This document shows positions 55,301 to 64,000 of a DNA stretch of 64,000 nt, one piece after another (the stretch's first letter is position 1; every line of letters begins with the position of its first letter). The notes beneath the pieces were generated by a model, which saw nothing but the letters and a program-made list of their open reading frames with translations, had not been told where the DNA came from and did no database searches. Position numbers and translations under genes: made by a program. The stretch comes from Nemertoderma westbladi (Eukaryota; Animalia; Xenacoelomorpha): assembly GCA_032718475.1 (NCBI GenBank), contig JAUCBJ010000961.1:42417-106416 (forward strand), given 5' to 3'.

Positions 55301-56382
55301 TATTAGCGGAACGCGCCTTCAATAACGGTGACTGCGTGACGTCAGCATGTCACTATCTATCGGTTGACGACGTCACTGGCGCCATAGAAACGCTGCTACA
55401 TGGCAACGAGCCGAGTCTCGCTCTATCCGTGGCGTTGTCTCTGCGTGCGGCCTCCGGAGACATTCCAGCGCAGACAGACGCCACCCAGCGGCAACTAAAC
55501 GCAATAGCGAGGATCCTACTGATGCGCTGCGAGAAGCTGCGGGAGAGTAAACTCGCCGCCGATCTTCTCCGCAAGGTGGCGCCGCACGCCGACGCCCTGG
55601 CGACCGAGTACTGCGCCCGGAACCACGACGCCACCGACCTCAGACAGTCCCGCGGTCTCCCGACCAGGGAGAGATGCCATTTAGCGGCCGAGGCGCACGA
55701 GTCGACGCGAGAGGCGGTCCGTTACTACGCGATGTCCGCGACTCCGGAACTCGCTGTTGCTATGGGGATCCCGGAAGTGGTCGCGGCTATGAACCGGGAG
55801 GGGTTTGATATCGAGGAGGTTGACCCGTTACTGGGCCTCCTGCAGTCCGTAGACACCGCCGTCTACAGCAGAGACCCGTACAGACACAGAGGGGCCGAGT
55901 TACTGGTGGTGAGCGCCTACACAGGCGCACTGAAAGCGATCCGGCTGGGGTTCCATACCATAGTCCCTTCTCTATTCCTATTGGCCAAGCAACTGTTGTC
56001 GGGGTGGGAGGGGTCTAACCAGCAGTCCAGCGCCCTCAGACTGACAGCGGAGACCGTGCTAAGAGAACTAGACACCTGGAGATCGATGCAGAACTCAGGC
56101 GGGGGAAACATGTCTCCAGACTGCATGGCTCTCTGCAGAAAATGCTGCGTAGACATACGGCAAGTGCGACAGCCTAGACTCATAGTCTCCGCCGGTAGTC
56201 AGTTGCCCTGCCATGGTAACGCTTGTATCTCCATAGTAACCCACACTAGGATTAAAGGGGAAGCTTACTGTTTGGGAGACGGGAAGGCGGGTCCAATGAT
56301 GTCATTAGACGAGGCGTTAATGTGGGTAGAGGTGAACCCGTTCTCACCTTTAGGGACATTCCACAGACTCAACCCTTACTAA
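52375..56382 (+). CDS. WDR17: WD repeat-containing protein 17, single-exon CDS nested antisense in a neurabin intron
   Basis: 1335 aa. N-terminal AGCQ...AYCATLAVYVY...MSHHKKAIT, GHSETIFDCRF, many WD40 repeats, and C-terminal SLDEALMWVEVNPFSPLGTFHRLNPY are WDR17 signatures. Confidence 0.95.
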   Translation: MDSICATLGGQPVVIGARQVVLQPAGCQQHHRNIIGINKDHTMLAYCATLAVYVYVAGREATENWLLSGVMSHHKKAITALQWSPHQAALFASASNDPVICVWNAKEQCLVVELHSIVDVPFCIGWCYDDTQSIAFSYDVTSSKATNVYVWNTGSGKCKPHKHIAGFSSGIRTFRWNGIRLGKVIVGHENGSISLYTPGNKVIKHILKPEYSESNSNDPVTSLQWDPLSPDYVLVVNKWSGVRLLDSESRTTAMRFANTRNAGIQDVSWVENAPGTFLSGDSRLGVLGVWNVSQPAPLASVQIRASGFNAIVGLPRDSGGRGSNPESPPGTPTRAFCAFRDGATGIYDVPLRQWDFLLDAGHSETIFDCRFHPTDPDRLATASYDGTIKITDLPTMKVVETSPRVRAIVYSLSWAPPQWNCITGSTNQGSVFVWNVDKSKISHQYTEHASSGTGVCVYVCKWNQRKPDWIASSGSDGRCIVREVTGTLVRSYTHPAGVYGCDWHPNNGHVLATGCHDGNLRIFNAATDATATHTVALHGKRVFHVVWHPLLPGYLATGSDDSTAKVYDYGAGLTVATVTGHTAPVRGMVWHTELPWLLITGSWDSTVRMWDIRSSACLQTLDSHEADIYGLSVHPDRPFLLASTSRDSTLRLWHLAGLSALLYARMVATGVAALLGDPSTSMDQDAAPLLCGRRSAQLGSSPQVGSTPQLDSTPHLDSTPHLGSTDSTTDPPALTRTFTTFLHHSPRLPNLYDLVSLLQGSSHFSQLSSRYPASVVHHRHLLRLRASEARALEFASSNASSERSRVAQLSAARELYCNLGERRRYCEVSVRLGEWVEALAVAPAVSLDYWRQLVAQYTDQLSDNHSGQQSANQSARLSTAICNDQRTVDYLIHRGELEQALFVATAASSRTQEGSNSRTLENAMVLGGDNNVMEPSAPDLPLLSNQPTPLSSDLLPKVNELFTKVTDPSVLRCSRILAERAFNNGDCVTSACHYLSVDDVTGAIETLLHGNEPSLALSVALSLRAASGDIPAQTDATQRQLNAIARILLMRCEKLRESKLAADLLRKVAPHADALATEYCARNHDATDLRQSRGLPTRERCHLAAEAHESTREAVRYYAMSATPELAVAMGIPEVVAAMNREGFDIEEVDPLLGLLQSVDTAVYSRDPYRHRGAELLVVSAYTGALKAIRLGFHTIVPSLFLLAKQLLSGWEGSNQQSSALRLTAETVLRELDTWRSMQNSGGGNMSPDCMALCRKCCVDIRQVRQPRLIVSAGSQLPCHGNACISIVTHTRIKGEAYCLGDGKAGPMMSLDEALMWVEVNPFSPLGTFHRLNPY

Positions 56383-56479
56383 TTAATTATTTAATATGCA
56401 ATACTTAAATTGTTTGTTTATATGATGTTAGATAACCACGACTTAAGAGGTGTTGTAATATTGTGATATTAATATGAAG

Positions 56480-56673
56480 ACAATAAAATAGGACATGAGA
56501 TGAGGTCTTATTCCCTCAGATACTAGCATTTAGGGCCACTTGGGCCACTGTATGTGGCACTAAAATCGATTTGGTATTTCATTTTTTAATGGGCCTTAGT
56601 GCCTGAGTACTAACAGTGGCCCAAGTGGCCCTAAATGCTAGGTAGTATCTGGGGGAATGTCCTATTTTATTGT
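56480..56673. mobile_element. About 190-bp foldback/MITE-like inverted repeat downstream of WDR17
   Basis: ACAATAAAATAGGACA...TAGCATTTAGGGCCACTTGGGCCACTG...GGCACTAA is mirrored by TTAGTGCC...CAGTGGCCCAAGTGGCCCTAAATGCTA...TGTCCTATTTTATTGT. Confidence 0.8.
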
Positions 56674-56894
56674 TTTAAATTATTCGTCATATAGATACAC
56701 GATGTTGTAGCTGATCTATCGGAATATATAATTAGGCGAAAATGCTGGACTATCCAAACATATTTAATTTAATGACAAAGCTGTTGCGTAAAAACAACTT
56801 TACCGGTGGGTATCTCATATTGGTGACTAGGTGGTAGGTTTCTACAAAACCAATAAGGTTTTCTCAGGGAGCTATAGCTAGTAGGTCGACTCAC

Positions 56895-56960
56895 TCTCTA
56901 CTGTCGCATACTCTATATCCTTGATAGAGCTTGGGTTGGTTGGCTGGGTCGGGGCGAAAC
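56895..56960 (-). other. Candidate 66-nt frame-preserving neurabin cassette exon
   Basis: tctgTAG|...AGA|GTGAGT; open in phase 2 (RFRPDPANQPKLYQGYRVCDSRE); weak polypyrimidine tract. Confidence 0.3.
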
Positions 56961-57045
56961 CTACAGATCAACTTTAACTTTCATCAGATCGCTGATTCCA
57001 TTCACGACTGTGTCAGCAGTCAATACATCAATAACCTAATCCGTT

Positions 57046-58012
57046 GTTCGAGTCTCCAGCGCGATTGGGTACAGAGACAAGGGTTCGAGTCTCCAGAGCG
57101 ATTGGGTACAGAGACAAGGGTTCGAGTCTCCAGCGCGATTGGGTACAGAGACAAGGGTTCGAGTCTCCAGAGCGATTGGGTACAGAGACAAGGGTTCGAG
57201 TCTCCAGAGCGATTGGGTACAGAGACAAGGGTTCGAGTCTCCAGAGCGATTGGGTACAGTGTCAAGGGTTCGAGTCTCCAGAGCGATTGGGTACAGAGAC
57301 AAGGGTTCGAGTCTCCAGAGCGATTGGGTACAGAGACAAGGGTTCGAGTCTCCAGCGCGATTGGGTACAGAGACAAGGGTTCGAGTCTCCAGCGCGATTG
57401 GGTACGGAGACAAGGGTTCGAGTCTCCAGAGCGATTGGGTACAGAGACAAGGGTTCGAGTCTCCAGAGCGATTGGGTACAGAGACAAGGGTTCGAGTCTC
57501 CAGAGCGATTGGGTACAGAGACAAGGGTTCGAGTCTCCAGAGCGATTGGGTACAGAGACAAGGGTTCGAGTCTCCAGAGCGATTGGGTACAGAGACAAGG
57601 GTTCGAGTCTCCAGAGCGATTGGGTACAGAGACAAGGGTTCGAGTCTCCAGCGAGATTGGGTACAGAGACAAGGGTTCGAGTCTCCAGAGCGATTGGGTA
57701 CAGAGACAAGGGTTCGAGTCTCCAGAGCGATTGGGTACAGAGACAAGGGTTCGAGTCTCCAGAGCGATTGGGTACAGAGACAAGGGTTCGAGTCTCCAGA
57801 GCGATTGGGTACAGAGACAAGGGTTCGAGTCTCCAGAGCGATTGGGTACAGAGACAAGGGTTCGAGTCTCCAGAGCGATTGGGTACAGAGACAAGGGTTC
57901 GAGTCTCCAGAGCGATTGGGTACAGAGACAAGGGTTCGAGTCTCCAGAGCGATTGGGTACAGAGACAAGGGTTCGAGTCTCCAGTGCGATTGGGTACAGA
58001 GACAAGGGTTCG
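57046..58012. repeat. 37-bp minisatellite GGGTTCGAGTCTCCAGAGCGATTGGGTACAGAGACAA, about 26 units
   Basis: Directly visible and highly homogeneous; intronic. Confidence 0.99.
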
Positions 58013-58065
58013 TATATAATTAAACTGCGTATAAAGTTAACTTTATAATAGTTTATTGCCCTTAC

Positions 58066-58289
58066 CTCTCCTGTACCTCACGCAGCAACTTTTTCGCTTT
58101 CGTGTACTTTTTATCCAACCACTGCAGAGTCTCTTCCCGTTCCCCTAGTAACGTCTGCAGCTCCACCAGACTGTATTGTGACTCCTTGTAGGCCTGTTCC
58201 CGACTCTGATTGGCCAGTTTCTCTGCCTCTTCACATCTGGCCCGCAGTCGATCCATCTCGGTACTCATTGTTGCGTTCACTTCCTCCAA
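58066..58289 (-). CDS. PPP1R9A: Neurabin exon, coiled coil
   Basis: ttattcTAG|LEEVNATM...LDKKYTKAKKLLREVQER|GTAAGG; KYxKAKKL is the conserved neurabin coiled-coil motif; phase 0 to 2. Confidence 0.9.
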
Positions 58290-58578
58290 CTAGAATAAAC
58301 AATAGGAACCACCATCGTACAACCTGTTGCATTCACAATAACTTTAGGTCGATCAAACTTACATGTTGACTCTTTATAATATAGAACCGAACTCCAGTTA
58401 TGGGGGGGGGGGGGGGGGGTGTAATCGGCGCGAAAATAAAACTGTAACCTGTTTTATTGTTTTGGTTAGAATAACCTGCCGCTGTATCCTGCTCCTTTCC
58501 CTTAATTACATTGAGACGAGATATTACAACGAGATGGTATTTGCGTAATCCCCCCCCCCCATATATCTCCAAACTCAC

Positions 58579-58731
58579 ATGCCTACATTGACTCATGACT
58601 TCTTCCAATCTTTTGGCGCTGGCGTCTTCTATTAGTTCGCTCTCATAGGCGCCTTCTGTATCAACATTATCATCACTCGAGGCCTCAGCCTCCCCTGAGG
58701 ACGAACCGGCATCAGCCATAGACAATGTGTG
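58579..58731 (-). CDS. PPP1R9A: Neurabin exon (acidic)
   Basis: tttctgtttgCAG|HTLSMADAG...LEEVMSQCRH|GTGAGT; phase 0/0. Confidence 0.8.
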
Positions 58732-59323
58732 CTGCAAACAGAAAAGCGACGACATGTGCAATTAACAAAATTGCTAATTAATATTGGAAGTTCATCGTAT
58801 CTTCATACAAATAGAAACTATTCACGCGGACATTGTATGCTGTTAGTAGAGGTTACATTGGAAACATTAATTAAATTTAATAAGTCAATACATATTCTGA
58901 CACTGTAGGAAATTAAATAGTGATTGATGGCTGATGGGATCCAACTTCCCCAATTAATATAAATGCAATTGTACCAGCTGCTACGCTACAGTCTGTCAGT
59001 CAATAAAATAGAATTTATTTTATTGTATTGTACTATATTGCACGGCGCCGTATTAATGTGGCTAGTATTAACTCATGATTGGACTAAAATATTTTAGGCT
59101 CATGATGATGATGTAGAAAGAATTGTAATATTCCAGTACCGGTGCCCAGAACAAGGATGGTACATTATTATATTCCGATACAGGTTCGGTTAATTGTTTA
59201 ATTACATAAAGTACGTGTTCTTTATTCCCACTCGAGTCGTAGTGAAATATGGCGCGAGTTGAATCCGAATACAGTTATTAGCTGCAAAAAGAATTGAACA
59301 TCAGTTGAGACCGCGGTACTCAC

Positions 59324-59522
59324 TTCTATTTGGTTCTGTACTTTTAGTAATCCGTCGTCGGGTTCATCCTGGTTGAGTAATCCGCGATCAGTGGTGTCTG
59401 CCTGGTTGTTGGACTTATCAACCCAACCGTTATACGGCGGAGGGCACTCCTCCTCGTCTCTAGGTGGGGGCCCGGGACTAGTAGAAGGGCTGGGACTAGA
59501 GTTGTAACCAACATCCGATCTC
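59324..59522 (-). CDS. PPP1R9A: Neurabin exon (Pro/acidic linker)
   Basis: ttatTAG|(R)RSDVGYNSSPSPSTSPGPPPRDEEE...LLKVQNQIE|GTGAGT; phase 2 to 0; a different frame from the listed ORF. Confidence 0.8.
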
Positions 59523-59816
59523 CTAATAACATTAATAGATCGGTAACCTAACCAACATCGGATACGATACGATACGATACGATGACGTATCGTATCGTAT
59601 TCAATAACATGACCGACCTACTACTGTTATATAGTAGTAGGTCATAGTTGTAATTACTTGATACTGGATCTCAGACCTTTGTTGGAGATTAATGGCAAAC
59701 GAATAGAATATAAATTGAACTAACCCTGGGCGTCTCATAAATGTCTACAATATTAGTCCCTGGTTAATTAATGTAGGTTAATTGTTAGACTTAATTAAGG
59801 AAATTGACCAACCAAC

Positions 59817-59983
59817 CTCCTAGCTTGCTCCTGGTGTTCCTGTTGCTGTCGTAGCAACTGGGCCACTTCGCTGTCTTCTGGTCGGTGTTCCCTTCCGATA
59901 ACAAAATGAACGTATCCGTTTGTGTTCCGTAATACAGAGGCAGCGAACGCCTGAGTTACACCAACTAACGACTTCCCGTCAAC
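59817..59983 (-). CDS. PPP1R9A: Neurabin exon, C-terminal half of the PDZ domain; upstream exons not identified in the window
   Basis: [32 protein letters not shown]...SEVAQL matches the neurabin/spinophilin PDZ; ttgCAG acceptor and AG|GTTGGT donor. Confidence 0.92.
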
Positions 59984-60310
59984 CTGCAACCAATCAACGT
60001 ACGAGTTACATCAACTAACGACTTCCCGCCAACCTGCAACCAATCAACGTACGAGTTACACCAACTAACGACTTCCCGCCAACCTGCAACCAATCAACGT
60101 ACGAGTTACACCAACTAACGACTTCCCGCCAACCTGCAACCAATCAACGTACGAGTTACACCAACTAACGACTTCCCGCCAACCTGCAACCAATCAACGT
60201 ACGAGTTACACCAACTAACGACTTCCCGTCAACCCTCAACCAATCAACGTACGAGTTACACCAACTAACGACTTCCCGTCAACCCTTAACCAATCAACGT
60301 ATGACTTACA
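59953..60310 (-). repeat. 50-bp tandem repeat (7 units) of the PDZ exon's acceptor plus its first 31 nt
   Basis: The unit on - is GTACGTTGATTGGTTGCAG|GTTG(A/G)CGGGAAGTCGTTAGTTGGTGTAACTC. Confidence 0.97.
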
Positions 60311-60449
60311 TCAGCTTACATTTTGGTCATACAAAGAGAGGTAATAACCTATTAATTCAGCTTTAAACGGCAAGGACCGCATTTTGGATTAAAATAATAT
60401 AGATAGATAGTATTGTGAGATAGGAGGACTTCATCAGGACTTCAAGGAC

Positions 60450-60745
60450 GATTGCAACACAAGGCCTCTAGAAAAGGTATGACGTTGCACGAAGTTCACG
60501 AGTTGACGTGGCTATCCTCATAGCAATAGCTTCAGTCCCCATAAAGGTTAAGGGTAATGGTGGATGAGGTCTTTATAGGTTGTGGATTTCAATTCTTCGG
60601 CCCTAGAGGCTGCAGTGTGTATGGATGCAAGAGAGTCACAGAGTTTACGGTAGGTTAAAGTTCCATACGAACGGTAGTGCAGTGTAGTGGGGGTCGGCAC
60701 GGGGATATGCAATCAGGCATGACAGGCCTTCTTCCATCTGAGATT
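60450..60745 (-). mobile_element. Degenerate restriction-like endonuclease end of a CRE-type non-LTR retrotransposon
   Basis: Hand translation across frameshifts gives SDGRRP, FVWNF, AASRAEELKSTTYKDL and RIATSTRELRATSYLF*RPCVAI, in the order of the DGKRPDG / WD / AExxKxxKY / FLxQRLSxAI motifs. Confidence 0.6.
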
Positions 60746-61339
60746 AGCCCATTGGGCCCAATGATGGTGGACGCTACAAATGTGGCGTGTCATCTAGAAA
60801 ATGGGTTAAGTGGTCATTCAGAAAAGTGTATAGAAAATTTATTTAATTTTCCAATGCGCTGTAATGAACCCCCCCCCCCCCCCCCCCCCCCCCTCAAGTC
60901 AAATTTATACGGCCTATAGAACAAGCATAATATTTCGGTTTGTGAAAAAAAAAACGTGTCATACTCGTTACAATTTACAATCTAAGTCAATATCAGTCGT
61001 ACATGTAAAAATATTAATTTCTAGACGCCCCCTAGCGGCAAACGATATAATAACTGTTTTTATTTGAATCGCTACTAGTCTGCCAATCTTGAATGAAAAA
61101 TTTCGAATTCGCATTTAAAGTGTTCTCAAATATACAACATTAAATAATTCTAGTACCGAATGTTAAAAAAATTTCCTTTTTACGGAAAGTGGCACCAAAA
61201 TAACTGAAAAATATATTATTCCAAAATTTCATACTAGAATACTTGTAGAGCACATCTATCTGATTCGAATGACATAAAAATGGATAAATTTGGATAAAAA
61301 ATGGCGGAGGAGTAGCATTTTTCATATTTCAGATATTAA

Positions 61340-62960
<1,621 letters not shown>

Positions 62961-63867
62961 CTAAGATGAATGTTTTTGTTATAATTCGACAGACAACCCA
63001 TCAGAAACAGACACATCAGTTTCACAGACATTCACACAGAGCGAGGATAACATTATCACTCGTAACTGAAGTTTCGGATTCAATTAAAAAAAATAATTCG
63101 TATTAAAAGCTGAAAAGTAAAACTTACTTTGCTATTAAATGTTGTTACGATGAGAATATTTTGTACTCTAGAGGAATAATCTGCTACATAGCCGCCAAGT
63201 AATGGTAGTGGTATAATTAGTAGTTTGGTAAAACCATAAAATTAAATATTTAATATAATATGATGTAATATTATCTAATATAATAATTAAGAAGTTAAAT
63301 AAAGATGTGTAACTTTGCACTTTGTGACATGGGTAATTTTGTTAATAGAAAAAGTCTGTTATAATAATTGTTTTTCACGAAAATAATTCAGATATAAATA
63401 CTGAAATAAGAAAAGGGAGAGTTTTAGTTGACAGACTATCCATTAGGTATGGGTTACTGTCGGACTATAACCAAACCACCCGGCTGCCCTAATCTAATAG
63501 CCGGCAATATAATATATTTTGATTGACAGGGGAAGCAGAGAATATCAGCCCGGCACTAACTTATATAGGCCGGGCCTTACCTGAATGCTAAATAACAGCT
63601 GCCATACATAACGCTGCGTAAAAATATTGATCTGGGAAGCAACAATTTAGTCATATAGGCGAGGTAAGCAGACTGCCAGCATGGTGACACGCCGATAGCA
63701 ATAGCAAAACAATATATTGTAAAAAAAATATGTCAGTTTGTTAATGTGCGAGGGGGATATAGAGGCAGACAGAGCTGCCTGACGACCGTGGTGGCCAATA
63801 ACAAATTACTAACTAAAAAGCTACAAATTAATACGTAACGTCCCTGATTAATTCGGGCGTAGACGCT

Positions 63868-64000
63868 GTGCCGACACAGGTGCCGACACAGGTGCCGACA
63901 CAGGTGCCGACAGAGGTGCCGACACAGGTGCCGACACAGGTGCCGACACAGGTGCCGGCACAGGTGCCGACACAGGTGCCGACACAGGTGCCGACACAGG
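63868..64000. repeat. 12-bp tandem repeat GTGCCGACACAG running off the window end
   Basis: 11 units visible. Confidence 0.97.

Noticed and set aside
52522-56183. Alternative-frame and antisense ORFs over WDR17 (likewise over BBS4)
   Set aside because: Shadow ORFs expected from GC-rich coding sequence.
57046-58012. 37-bp palindromic repeat as a CRISPR or tRNA array
   Set aside because: Head-to-tail with no spacers, and too short for a cloverleaf.

Overview
Eukaryotic (animal, probably invertebrate) genomic DNA, roughly 37 of 64 kb tandem repeat. Genes: (1) BBS4 on +, with a single-exon CDS at 1576-3204. (2) The 3' part of a neurabin/spinophilin (PPP1R9) gene on -. I assembled it by hand from 10 GT-AG exons between 59983 and 38481; they form one open frame of 531 codons plus stop, covering the PDZ C-terminal half, coiled coil and SAM domain. 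(3) WDR17 on +, with a single-exon CDS at 52375-56382 nested antisense in a neurabin intron. Both ciliary genes have an RFX X-box upstream. The rest is mutually unrelated minisatellites (23, 44, 18, 22/27, 20, 28, 37, 50 and 12 bp units), a tRNA-type SINE, LINE remnants (CR1/L2-like, RTE-like, CRE-like) and TTAA-flanked non-autonomous DNA elements. The most striking signal is that two arrays are amplified splice junctions of the neurabin gene. One is a 7.25 kb array of about 260 perfect AAG|GTAAGT donors starting exactly at an exon end; the other is a 50-bp array copying a PDZ-exon acceptor. In both, only the exon-proximal site keeps the ORF. The huge ORFs over the repeats are artefacts. No CRISPR, rRNA or bona fide tRNA was seen.
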